Shown here: positions 9,276 to 18,357 of the stretch, one piece after another | How the letters are laid out: each line of letters opens with the position of its first letter | How positions within the stretch are numbered: position 1 is the stretch's first letter | Source of the DNA: Candidatus Sumerlaeia bacterium | GTDB lineage: Bacteria > Sumerlaeota > Sumerlaeia > MVZB01 | DNA: 64,000 nucleotides | Reading direction: 5' to 3' | Assembly: GCA_039683515.1 (NCBI GenBank) | Contig: JBDKRG010000040.1 | Span: 1,751 to 65,750, forward strand | Made by a program: the position numbers and the translations under genes | Notes under the pieces: model-generated | Database searches by the model: none | The model's input: only the letters and a program-made list of their open reading frames with translations | What the model was told of the DNA's origin: nothing

Positions 9276-9512
9276 ATGACACGACACGAGCCGGTCGCCC
9301 CGCCGTCAGATCAGGCCTTTTTCGCGGCGATGGTCGACGACTCGTTGCGCCTTGCCGGCGAACCGCTCGTGGGTTTGCGGGCGGACGAGTTCGACCTGAA
9401 GGTGCAGGCCGGTCACGACGTGGATCCGGTGCTCGATCTCGCGGCGGATCGACAGCATCTCGTCCATGCGGTCGCTGAAAAACTCGGGGCGCGGCGCCCA
9501 ACGATTGTTTGA
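9276..9512 (+). CDS. Hypothetical small protein (78 aa)
   Basis: Codon-position GC pattern (GC3 ~75%) weakly favours the + frame over the overlapping - ORF 9306..9551. No recognisable motif. Confidence 0.25.
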   Translation: MTRHEPVAPPSDQAFFAAMVDDSLRLAGEPLVGLRADEFDLKVQAGHDVDPVLDLAADRQHLVHAVAEKLGARRPTIV

Positions 9513-9574
9513 CCGCGCGGGCCTGGATTTGTTAGAAAACCCGCATTGCAATCCGACGGCATGACCGGGGGGCT

Positions 9575-10975
9575 TTGCCCCCGGGCTTTTTCGAGCAGGG
9601 AATCATTCAACGGATGAACGCAGGTTTTGCGTCCAAGGATTCTGAAATGGTGTCCGATCCAGCCACGGAAGCCCGCCGCGCCGAGACCCGGCTGAACGAG
9701 TGGCGCTGCAAGGCCGTCAACGTCTTCGCCACGGTCAGCGCGGCGGCCTTCCTGCTGGCCATCGGGCTGATGGTGGCCGGGCTGGCCCCACCCAGGGGCT
9801 GGCCGGCGCAATCCATCGTCGTCGCAGCCTACCTCAGCTTTATAGTCTGTGCGCTGCCGCATCGAATCAACCACCGGACGCGGGCGTGGGTGTTGCTGAC
9901 CGCCGGCTATGTGGTGGCCCTCATCCACCTGGTCACCATCCCGCAAGGCCCGTTCGGCCTGGCGCTGCCGGTCATGTTGCCGATCCTGGCGATCGTGATC
10001 CTCGGCGCCCGGGCGGGTTGGGCCGCCACCGTCGTCAGCACGCTCTTCTTCCTGCTCGGGCCGCTGCTGCAGAGAGTGCCGAGCCTGGTCGAGGCGCTCA
10101 CGAACGCCCCCCCGTCCGAGCCGACGCCGCTGAACGTGGTCCTGTATCAGGGCATCGCGCTCGTGGCGCTGGTGGTCGGTCAGATGATTTTGCTCGACCG
10201 CTTTTACGATTTTCTCATGCGGTCGCTGGCGGGCTTGCGGCGCGAGGCGCGCGAACGGGCCGCGGCCTTCGGAAAACTCGAACGCGAAATGCTCGAGCGG
10301 CGCCGGCTGGAGCGCGAAATCGCCCGGGTCGGCGACGAGGAACGCCGCCGCCTCGGCCAGGACGTCCACGACGGCGTCTGCCAGCAGCTGACGGGCGCGC
10401 TGCTGCGGAGCCATGCCCTGGAGCGGCAACTGGAGCGGGGCGAGGCCTTGAAACCCGGCGACCTGGAGGCGCTGTCGGCCCTGCTCGAGGAGAGCATCGA
10501 CGAGGCTCACGCCGTGGCCAAGGGGCTCTGGCCGCTGGAGTCGGATCCGGATGCCCTCGCCCCGGCCCTGCGGATCCTGGCCAAACGGGCACAGGGATCG
10601 GGCGACGTCCGGTGCGAGTTTATCGCCTCGGGCCAGGTGCGCGTCAGCGACCCGGCCACCGCCCGGCATCTCTACCGGATCGCCCAGGAAGCCCTCAGCA
10701 ACGCCGTCCGCCACGCGCGGGCCGGCCGCATCGTCGTGGAACTGAGCGGAGACGATGAGCAGTTGCGGCTGCGGGTGCAGGATGACGGCGTCGGCCCGCC
10801 CGCCGATATCCCGGGCCGCGGTTTGGGGTTGCGCACAATGACGTATCGGGCTCAGATGATGGAGGGCGAGCTGGCCGTGGAGCCGGCCGGGGAGCGGGGG
10901 ACGCGGGTCGTCTGCCGCGTTCCGCGCACCGAGCGTCCGCGCAAGGCCCCGGAAGGGGAAGTCGATGCATCCTGA
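9575..10975 (+). CDS. Membrane-bound sensor histidine kinase, HisKA_3 type (NarX/LiaS/DegS-like)
   Basis: Several TM helices, a coiled coil, the HisKA_3 H-box DVHDGVCQQLTGA and HATPase_c (EALSNAVRHA, DDGVGPP, GLGLRTM). Start could be 9575, 9614 or 9647. Confidence 0.9.
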   Translation: MPPGFFEQGIIQRMNAGFASKDSEMVSDPATEARRAETRLNEWRCKAVNVFATVSAAAFLLAIGLMVAGLAPPRGWPAQSIVVAAYLSFIVCALPHRINHRTRAWVLLTAGYVVALIHLVTIPQGPFGLALPVMLPILAIVILGARAGWAATVVSTLFFLLGPLLQRVPSLVEALTNAPPSEPTPLNVVLYQGIALVALVVGQMILLDRFYDFLMRSLAGLRREARERAAAFGKLEREMLERRRLEREIARVGDEERRRLGQDVHDGVCQQLTGALLRSHALERQLERGEALKPGDLEALSALLEESIDEAHAVAKGLWPLESDPDALAPALRILAKRAQGSGDVRCEFIASGQVRVSDPATARHLYRIAQEALSNAVRHARAGRIVVELSGDDEQLRLRVQDDGVGPPADIPGRGLGLRTMTYRAQMMEGELAVEPAGERGTRVVCRVPRTERPRKAPEGEVDAS

Positions 10976-11612
10976 ACATTCTGCCACGCCGCCCATCCGC
11001 ATCATGCTGGTGGACGATCATCCCTCCGTCCGCCAGGGATTGGCCCTGCTCCTTGCGCCCGAGGGCGTTGCCGTCTGCGCCGAAGCCAGCGACCTGGCCG
11101 GCGCGCTGAATCAACTGGAACAATGCCGCCCGGACCTGGCGCTGGTCGATCTGGCCCTGGCCGACGAAGACGGCGTGGAAGTGGTCGCGGCGCTGCACGC
11201 GCGGGCCCTGCCGTCGCTCGTCTACTCCATGCATGAGGACGGAAGCCATATCCGCGACGCCTTCGCCGCCGGGGCGCTCGGCTACGTCACCAAGCGCGAG
11301 CTGCACCGGGTGCTCGTGGACGCGATCATGGAAGTGGCCGCCGGCCGCCGCTTCGTCAGCCCGACAGCGGCCTCGGCCTTGGCCGAGCACCTGGCCGGGG
11401 CCCAGGCCCACCAGGCCGACTGCGAGCTGAGCGAGCAGGAGCGGCAGGTTTACCGACTGCTGGGCCGGGGCGAGGGCACGATCGAAATCGGCGCAGCCTT
11501 GAAGATCAGCACGCGCACCGTGGAGTCCTACTACGCGCGCATCCAGGACAAGCTGGGCCTGCGCGGGATGCAGGAGTTGCGCCGCCACGCCATCGGCCAC
11601 GCTCGCAAGTAA
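10965..11612 (+). CDS. NarL/FixJ-family response regulator (REC + LuxR-type HTH)
   Basis: Receiver signature (IMLVDDHP, DLALVDLAL, conserved Lys region) and a C-terminal LuxR HTH (LSEQERQVYRLLGRGEGTIEIGAALKISTRTVESYYARI). Overlaps the kinase gene by 11 bp. Confidence 0.9.
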   Translation: MHPEHSATPPIRIMLVDDHPSVRQGLALLLAPEGVAVCAEASDLAGALNQLEQCRPDLALVDLALADEDGVEVVAALHARALPSLVYSMHEDGSHIRDAFAAGALGYVTKRELHRVLVDAIMEVAAGRRFVSPTAASALAEHLAGAQAHQADCELSEQERQVYRLLGRGEGTIEIGAALKISTRTVESYYARIQDKLGLRGMQELRRHAIGHARK

Positions 11613-11862
11613 ATTCCATGAGCCGACCCCCATCCGCTCAAACCATGTAGGGGAATCCACGTACACGCGTGGGCAATTTCCCTTACGCAAAAGTACGTAA
11701 GGCTCGCCACAGACACGCCCGCCTTTCTTGCCTAGCATTCTCAACCGTACGTTTCAATCGTCTTCCCCCTGCCCCTGGCATTCGTGACACGCCGAAGCCC
11801 CGACCGACGCGGGGTCGGGCGATGGGGTTTCGGACACTGCCTTTTTGTTTGCGGAGGCCCAG

Positions 11863-12345
11863 ATGGCAACAGAACCTCGCCCACGCCCGGGGATCGTATT
11901 GGTCGATGATCACCAGGTCGTGTGCGATGCGCTGGCGCAGTTGCTTGAGGAGGAGGGGCTCTCCGTATGGGCCCAGGCCGGCAGCCGCGAGGAGGCGCTG
12001 GCATGCGTTTCCGAGCAGCGGCCGGACCTGATGCTCGTGGACCTGTCGCTGGGCGCCGACGACGGCATGGCGCTGGTGACCGAGCTGAGCGCCCTCGGCA
12101 TCCTGGTGGCGGTCTGTTCGAGCCACGAGGAGCCGGAGTACGTCCGGAAGGCGCTGGCGGCGGGCGCCCGGGCCTACATCACCAAGCGCGAGGCGACCCG
12201 CGACCTGGCGCGCGCCGTGCGCGACGTGCTCAAGGGCTGGATGCTGATCAGCCCGCGCGCCGCGGAGGATCTGCCCGGCCCGTTTCAAGCCGGCCCCGGC
12301 ATGGGCCAGGGAAAGGAGGCGTCGCACGAACGCAGCCAGGAATGA
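11863..12345 (+). CDS. Stand-alone receiver-domain response regulator (no output domain)
   Basis: Receiver signature IVLVDDHQ, DLMLVDLSL, SSHEEPEYVRKALAAGARAYITK, but no HTH follows. Start placed at ATG 11863 (MATEPRP); the track ORF begins at an upstream TTG. Confidence 0.75.
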   Translation: MATEPRPRPGIVLVDDHQVVCDALAQLLEEEGLSVWAQAGSREEALACVSEQRPDLMLVDLSLGADDGMALVTELSALGILVAVCSSHEEPEYVRKALAAGARAYITKREATRDLARAVRDVLKGWMLISPRAAEDLPGPFQAGPGMGQGKEASHERSQE

Positions 12346-12452
12346 GGATGGCCGGCCCTGAGCGTTCCCGCGTGTGCAGGCCGCCGAAGGCAAACACGAC
12401 GGCGAATGGAAGCGACTCAACATTGGAAGATTTTTCTGAAAGGAAGGATAAA

Positions 12453-14102
12453 ATGAACGCATCCAAGAAATGCTTCTTGCTTTGTATCGCGATGGCCTTG
12501 GCCATCGTCTGCGCGGCGGTCTCCCCCTGTTCCGCACAGGCTCCCAACGACCTCGGCGTGCTCGACGGCTTTTCGCATAGCGCCGCCTACGCGTCCAATG
12601 CCTCCGGCCAGACGGTCGGCATGAGCTTCGATAACGAAATCGACGGCGGTCGCGCGTTCCTGTGGCTGCCGCAGGCCGCCTGGGGCCTGTCGGCCGGGAT
12701 GCACGAACTGGGCGGGTCCAGCGGTTACGCCTGCAGCAAGGCGGTGGATATCAATACCCAGGGGGAGGTGATCGGCACCTGCTGGAATGGGGGCGATACC
12801 GACTCCCGGACGTTCCTCTGGCTACCCGAGGCCGCCTACGGCATGACGGCCGGATTCCATCTCCTCGACGGCCTTCCGGGTGAAGCGAAGAACTGGGTCG
12901 TCGACATCAACGACGCCGGCTACATCGTGGGCAACAGCGCCATCAACATTGGGGGCATTGAGGAGCCGTGGTTCCAAACGCGGGGCTTCCTCTGGTACAA
13001 CGGCACCGTGACGGCCCTTACCATGGACGACGGCGCCCCCATCACGTTCGATACGAATTACTCGTGCCATTACGTGAACCAAAGCGGCCAGGTCATCGGT
13101 CAATTCGATTACTACCCGTATCCGGACGCTTACTTTTCCATCAGGCGCGCGGTGCTCTGGGACGGCGGCGCGACCACGATCCTGGACGATGGCATGTCAT
13201 TCGGAGAAGCGATCGGCATCAACGATAACGGCGAAGTCGTCGGCCGCTGGGGCGAGGGACGTGAGGTCTTCCTGTACCTGCCGCAAGCCGCCTACGGTCT
13301 GGAAGCCGGCCTGCACCAACTGGCCGCCGAAGCCGACCGGACCGTGGTCAACCAGATCTTCACCTACGGCATCAACAATGCCGGCCAGATCGTCGGCTGG
13401 AATTCCCCGGGCAGCCAATACGTGCCCGACCCGAACGGTGAAGGAAGCTGGGTCAGCGCCCCGGGCGTGTTGTGGATCTGGCAGAACGGTTCGTTCACGG
13501 ACATCTCCACCGTTGATGTGGATGACGCCTACTTCTATATCAACAGCTCGGGCCAGGTGGCCGGCTCCATCATTGATGTCCTGTGGGATGACGACTGGAA
13601 TTACCTGGGTTGGTCCGTCCAGGGATGCTGCTGGAGCCAGGCCGACGGCTTCAAGGTCCTGGATACGCTCGGCGGCACAATGAACGAGGTCTACGGCATC
13701 AACGACGGTGGCCAGCCGTTGGGCTGCTCCTATCTGGCCGACGACGCCGCGTCCCATGCCTGCCTGTGGGGCGCCATCGCGCCGCCGGAGCCGGAGTCGG
13801 CGCTGACGGTCTCCGACGCGACCGTAACGATCCGCAACCCCAAGACCCTGTCCGTGACCGTCCTGATCGGCAACCCCTCCGCCACGGAAACGGCCTACGA
13901 CGTGACCGTGACGGCCGCCGGCCTGGGCGGCGTGGACACCAACTCGTCCCTGCCGCTCGTCTTCGGCGCGGTCAAGCCGGGCGCGACCAAGAAGTGCACG
14001 CTGCAGTTCAAGGGCGTGCCCTCGGGCGAGCAGACCCTGATCATCGGCGGAACCTCGTCGCTGGGTGATTTCTCATCCACCCAATCGACGTTGGTCCCCT
14101 GA
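12453..14102 (+). CDS. Secreted HAF-family extracellular repeat protein
   Basis: RBS-like aggaagga before ATG 12453. Signal peptide MNASKKCFLLCIAMALAIVCAAVSPCSA. Repeated units of the form R.FLWLP.AAyG ... (I/V)NdaGqiVG (AVDINTQGEVIGTC, VVDINDAGYIVGNS, AIGINDNGEVVGRW, TYGINNAGQIVGWN, VYGINDGGQPLGCS) match the TIGR03803 HAF repeat as I remember it. No PEP-CTERM tail. Confidence 0.7.
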   Translation: MNASKKCFLLCIAMALAIVCAAVSPCSAQAPNDLGVLDGFSHSAAYASNASGQTVGMSFDNEIDGGRAFLWLPQAAWGLSAGMHELGGSSGYACSKAVDINTQGEVIGTCWNGGDTDSRTFLWLPEAAYGMTAGFHLLDGLPGEAKNWVVDINDAGYIVGNSAINIGGIEEPWFQTRGFLWYNGTVTALTMDDGAPITFDTNYSCHYVNQSGQVIGQFDYYPYPDAYFSIRRAVLWDGGATTILDDGMSFGEAIGINDNGEVVGRWGEGREVFLYLPQAAYGLEAGLHQLAAEADRTVVNQIFTYGINNAGQIVGWNSPGSQYVPDPNGEGSWVSAPGVLWIWQNGSFTDISTVDVDDAYFYINSSGQVAGSIIDVLWDDDWNYLGWSVQGCCWSQADGFKVLDTLGGTMNEVYGINDGGQPLGCSYLADDAASHACLWGAIAPPEPESALTVSDATVTIRNPKTLSVTVLIGNPSATETAYDVTVTAAGLGGVDTNSSLPLVFGAVKPGATKKCTLQFKGVPSGEQTLIIGGTSSLGDFSSTQSTLVP

Positions 14103-14382
14103 TTCAGGAACCGATCCTGATCATCGGCGGGCCGGACGGTCAATCCCACGATCGCCCGGCCCGCCATCTCCCGATCCCCGCGCGCGACGTGATGAGGCAT
14201 CCGTTTCGGTGTCTGCCTCCGAATTTCCCGCCGAAATTCCTCGCCTCAAAAACCATCCATCTCTTCGGCAACATTTGGCGCGAGGCCATTCGCCCTTTTT
14301 TTTGCCGCAGAACCGCGTTGCGGTTCGATCTTGAATCGGGTAAGTTTGAACGGGAATATTTACCAGTCATCGACTAACACCA

Positions 14383-15702
14383 TTGAAACGCAAACGTAAC
14401 TCACTTACCTCGGAAGATCGTCAACAACGCCAGCGGCGAAAAGTGCCGCGCCGGCACGCTCGGGCGGAGGCTCCCACCACTTCGCGCCGACGCTATTCGA
14501 TCCTCAAAAAGTGTTTGCTGTCGGCGAGCGTCATCGTTCTGGCTCTCGGCCTGTGCGAGATGGGTCTGAGAGTCGCCATCTGGCTGCGCAGCGACGGCGC
14601 CGCTCCCCTCCTGGGCCGTGTCGTTTCCAACGACGAGTTTGAGCGGCCCGACCCGATCCTCAATCACGTGCTGCAGGCCGGGTGTTCTTTTATTGCGACC
14701 GGCTCCCCTCCGGGCCTGGAGTATTGCGTCTCGGGCTCGATCAGCTCTCAGGGGCTGAATGACGAGGAAATCCCGCTTGTCAAGCCCCCCAACGAAAAGC
14801 GGGTGCTCATCCTCGGGGATTCGTTCGTCGAGGCCCGGCAGGTCCCGCGCCGGGATAATTTCTGCTCGCTGCTGGAGAGGCGTTTATCCGAGGCCGCGGG
14901 AGGTCCCGTTCGGGTGATCAATGCCGGCGTGTCGTCTTATTCGCAAATCCTGGAGTATCTGTTTTACAAGAACCAGCTCGCCCAATACGGGGCGGACCTG
15001 GTCATCATGGTTTTCTTTGCCAACGACGTGTTCGACAATTTGCGCTACGCCAAGGACGCCGTAACCGACGAGGATGGGGTGATGGTGGCCGTTCCTCCGC
15101 TTGCCGCCGTTCCCTGGTTTAATTTTCAGCGCTCCGGCGTCCAGATGGAGGACCAACAACGTTGGGAGTATGAGGATCAACTCCGGTTCGCAAATGTCAC
15201 GACCATGCCTTGGCCGGCATCCCACTCCTATCTGGGCTCGATCCTGGTGACGCAATATCGTTCCTACAGCCTGCACCGGCGTTTTCCACAACCGCCTAAA
15301 AACGATGAATTTTTTATTCTCGAGGACAATCCGGAGCTGGCTTTCTTCCAGAACATGGGCTGGGATTTGACCTACCAGTACATCAAGCTGCTCAGGGACG
15401 AGTGCGCCGGCAATGGCGCACAGCTGATGATCACGACCGCGCCGATCGCCTCCCAGGTTTACGGGCAGACCTCGTACGACCATTTCTTCTTCAACGGCAA
15501 ATGCACCCAGGCCGATCAGCGGGAACTGCAAAAAATCTCCACCAACCTTGGCTTAAAGTTCGCGGACACATTGACGCCCCTCAAACAGGCGGGAACGGGT
15601 CTGTATTATCCGCGGGACGGGCACTGGACGAAAAAGGGCCACCAGGTCGTCGCCGACGCGCTTTTCCCACAGGTCCGGGATTTATTGCTGCCCAAAAATT
15701 GA
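14383..15702 (+). CDS. SGNH/GDSL-family hydrolase with an N-terminal membrane anchor
   Basis: Arg-rich N-terminus, TM segment ILKKCLLSASVIVLALGLC, GDS block (VLILGDSF) and the C-terminal catalytic DGHW (DxxH) block. Confidence 0.7.
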   Translation: MKRKRNSLTSEDRQQRQRRKVPRRHARAEAPTTSRRRYSILKKCLLSASVIVLALGLCEMGLRVAIWLRSDGAAPLLGRVVSNDEFERPDPILNHVLQAGCSFIATGSPPGLEYCVSGSISSQGLNDEEIPLVKPPNEKRVLILGDSFVEARQVPRRDNFCSLLERRLSEAAGGPVRVINAGVSSYSQILEYLFYKNQLAQYGADLVIMVFFANDVFDNLRYAKDAVTDEDGVMVAVPPLAAVPWFNFQRSGVQMEDQQRWEYEDQLRFANVTTMPWPASHSYLGSILVTQYRSYSLHRRFPQPPKNDEFFILEDNPELAFFQNMGWDLTYQYIKLLRDECAGNGAQLMITTAPIASQVYGQTSYDHFFFNGKCTQADQRELQKISTNLGLKFADTLTPLKQAGTGLYYPRDGHWTKKGHQVVADALFPQVRDLLLPKN

Positions 15703-15768
15703 GGCGGGTCGGGCTCCACCGGCAATTTCCGTTCAGGCCATGCTATCATTAGGCGAGGAGATCCGCCC

Positions 15769-16293
15769 ATGCCGGCCCGCGCCCGCAAAACCAAACCGAA
15801 TCCGGCCGCCATTGAAGCCATCATCCAGGCGCGCAAGCCGGCGGGGGTGAAGCGCATCGACCCGCGCCAGGTCCCGACGGCCGAGTGGGTGCGGATGAAA
15901 TGCCAGTATGGCTGCGGCGGCTACGGCGGCTGCCTGACCTGCCCGCCGCACTCGCCGACGCCCGAGCAGACGCGCCGGCTGCTCGACGGCTACACGGTCG
16001 GCTACCTGATCCACTGGGGCCACTCGATCCCGCGGCGCAAGGTGCTGGCCGCGATCGAGCGCGAGGTGTTCCTGTCGGGATTTTACAAGGCGTTCACGCT
16101 CGCCGCCGGCCCCTGCGACCTCTGCCGCGAGTGCAACCTGGAAACCTGCCTGCACCCCGAGGAGGCCCGCCCGGCGATGGAAGCCTGCGGCATCGACGTC
16201 TACGAAACCGCCCGCGCCGCCGGCTTCGAAATCGAAGTCATCAAAACCCCAACCACCCCCCCCAATTACTTCTCGCTGCTGCTGGTGGAATGA
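15769..16293 (+). CDS. Cys-rich predicted metal-binding protein (DUF2284-like)
   Basis: Cysteine clusters CQYGCGGYGGCLTCPPH and CDLCRECNLETC. The DUF name is from memory. Confidence 0.55.
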   Translation: MPARARKTKPNPAAIEAIIQARKPAGVKRIDPRQVPTAEWVRMKCQYGCGGYGGCLTCPPHSPTPEQTRRLLDGYTVGYLIHWGHSIPRRKVLAAIEREVFLSGFYKAFTLAAGPCDLCRECNLETCLHPEEARPAMEACGIDVYETARAAGFEIEVIKTPTTPPNYFSLLLVE

Positions 16294-16403
16294 AATTGAT
16301 CAATGTAATGTCGGGCCTTGAAAAAGGAATTAGTCACATGTCCCTGATATTCCCTCCCTGCTAATTCGGAGCATGAGAAATTGTTGGCAGACTCATTGGG
16401 ATA

Positions 16404-17111
16404 TTATTCGTTAGCTGATTCTGGGCATAGCATGGGAGCGCTTGGATCTTCAATGTCGTCAAAGACGCCTAAATATTGGGTCTTTGGTGGGTCGATATGA
16501 AGTTTTGTGCCAATTTCCAAAAGCAAGTCTTGTAACCAGTGATATTTGATTCTCACCCGTTCGCTCTTCTGTATGACAGATAGATTTGCGTCATGTGCTG
16601 CTTTCGCAGCAGTCCAAACCCGCTCAAAAGATTCAGTCGTAACAATGTTGAGAAACCACTGATTCCCACTTTTTAGAACCAGCAAATCTGATAGTAGACT
16701 TGGAAACATCTCAAGAATATTGGAATCTATCATAATTCGAGGAAACTCAGCGACTTGTGATTCTAGTTGATAGGCTTTAGTTAGGACTGGACTGTAGGTG
16801 ATATTCTGGTTTTTGAAGTGCTGCCCGAATGACACACCTCCACGGATCAGAAGTCCCTCCTCTAGGAAAGAAACAAATACGTTACGCAAGATCAATAAAA
16901 ATTCCCTTACCGCATCACGCTCAGGGCATGAAATAAACATTGAATCTGATATAGCTTGGTACGCATATCGGGATTGATTGATTTGATCAAAAACTCGAAA
17001 GGCCCGGACCATACGCTCCTTAAAGTCTTGTGTGCCGTTCTTGATATCAGCGTCAAGTGCTTCCTTGTACCCAAGGATATCCAGAAAAGCCATGTAGGCG
17101 TGATCAGGCAT
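16404..17111 (-). CDS. Cyclase-homology-domain (class III nucleotidyl-cyclase / mCpol-like palm) protein with an unknown C-terminal half
   Basis: Lies in the low-GC island. The N-terminal ~130 aa follow the order of the class III cyclase palm blocks: MAFLDILGY (FADIVGFT-like, metal Asp 1), AISDSMFISC (IGDAYM-like, metal Asp 2), LLIRGGVSFGQHF (RIGIHTGPV-like) and YSPVLTKAYQLES (GDTVNTASRMES-like, with the catalytic N and R replaced). Overlaps the upstream ParA-like gene by 8 bp. Confidence 0.5.
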   Translation of the reverse strand: MPDHAYMAFLDILGYKEALDADIKNGTQDFKERMVRAFRVFDQINQSRYAYQAISDSMFISCPERDAVREFLLILRNVFVSFLEEGLLIRGGVSFGQHFKNQNITYSPVLTKAYQLESQVAEFPRIMIDSNILEMFPSLLSDLLVLKSGNQWFLNIVTTESFERVWTAAKAAHDANLSVIQKSERVRIKYHWLQDLLLEIGTKLHIDPPKTQYLGVFDDIEDPSAPMLCPESANE

Positions 17112-18120
17112 CGATTACCACCTTGGCCAGCTTTTCTATTTCAGTTGCGTACTCCGCCGCTCTTTGAAGCCAGCTCTCAAGTGCTACACCGCTCCAGGTG
17201 GTTCCATCTGCAGAAGTAAGACTTGTGTCAGTCTTGTCGAGATCGAAGATCGCCTTTCCTGCAATGTGGGCAACAGGTGCAAGGCCTCCGAAGTCTTTGA
17301 TACTCGCAATATAATTCTCAGAACCGGGTCGTGTGGGCACAGATGGAATTAGATCCGTTTGGAGGACTGTTAGAATCTGTTGTTCCCAGTATTCATATGG
17401 CTTCTTCGTGCGACCGGCATATGCTTTAAAGTTCTCGCTTACCGCGCCAAGAAAGGTTGGTTGTCCTGGGAAGCAAGAAATCCCAAATGGTGGGAATGTT
17501 GCAATTGTGCGTTGATGGCGTTCAATCCAGAATTTTATTAGCTTTGCGAGTGCCTCAACCGCCTGGGTACAGAATCTATCTGGAGTAACAGGAATAAAAT
17601 AACCATCACAGCTAAGCAAAGCGAGGTTGGTAATCGCACCGCTAGACGGTCCAAGATCAACCAAAATATGATCGAAACTGTGTAATGCCAGTAAATCTTG
17701 GAGCAAATTGTAAAAAACAACGTATGTATGTTTTTCATGAACACTTTCGGTGATTGCCAAAGCGAGGGCGTTCGAGAAATACCGTTCGGCGAGACTGAAG
17801 TTCCAATCTCCTCTCAGAATATAAAGTCTCTTATACTTCTCATGGGATGGCAAGATGAGATCTTTAGGATTAATTCTGGCAGCCGCACCATCGAAACGCG
17901 GCCTAAGAGCTTCAAAGATTGTCGTCCCTGGAAGATCAGCATCTTGCTTTTCTACGGGCGGTGCAAAAAAATTTTCGGTAAGGTTGCTCTGGGGGTCGGC
18001 ATCTACCAATAGCACTTTACGACCCAAACGATCCGCCAAAAAGACCGCTAAGTTGAACGTTGTGGTCGTCTTGGAGACTCCACCCTTATGATTGTAGAAT
18101 GTCAACGTTCGGATAGACAT
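17104..18120 (-). CDS. ParA/MinD-family deviant Walker-A ATPase with a ~90-aa C-terminal extension
   Basis: Low-GC island. Deviant Walker A KGGVSKTTTTFNLA, the motif LLVDADPQSNLT and a Walker B-like HILVDLGPSSG. At 338 aa it is longer than Soj/ParA (~255 aa). Confidence 0.85.
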   Translation of the reverse strand: MSIRTLTFYNHKGGVSKTTTTFNLAVFLADRLGRKVLLVDADPQSNLTENFFAPPVEKQDADLPGTTIFEALRPRFDGAAARINPKDLILPSHEKYKRLYILRGDWNFSLAERYFSNALALAITESVHEKHTYVVFYNLLQDLLALHSFDHILVDLGPSSGAITNLALLSCDGYFIPVTPDRFCTQAVEALAKLIKFWIERHQRTIATFPPFGISCFPGQPTFLGAVSENFKAYAGRTKKPYEYWEQQILTVLQTDLIPSVPTRPGSENYIASIKDFGGLAPVAHIAGKAIFDLDKTDTSLTSADGTTWSGVALESWLQRAAEYATEIEKLAKVVIDA

Positions 18121-18357
18121 GGGGTTCTCTCTGGATCAAGTATCGGCAGCGCGACTATGTTTTTGCTCGTCGAGCCATCAATCATACATATAGTTCTTCC
18201 CGATACAATTCAATCAGAATCAACAACCCGCAATATTGACGCCCAAACGGGTGTTCATTTCTCATTTCTCATTTCTCATTTCTCATTTTATACTCGCAGT
18301 TTGGATCTCGTCGTGAATCACGCAGATCCTGACAACGCCATTTGCCGGAAGCCATTT

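Noticed and set aside
9413-11005. 530-aa minus-strand ORF
   Set aside because: Antisense shadow of the HisKA_3 kinase gene; it has no recognisable domains.
11967-12452. Upstream 160-codon extension of the HAF-protein ORF
   Set aside because: It overlaps the orphan receiver gene in another frame. The true start is ATG 12453, which has an RBS and a signal peptide.
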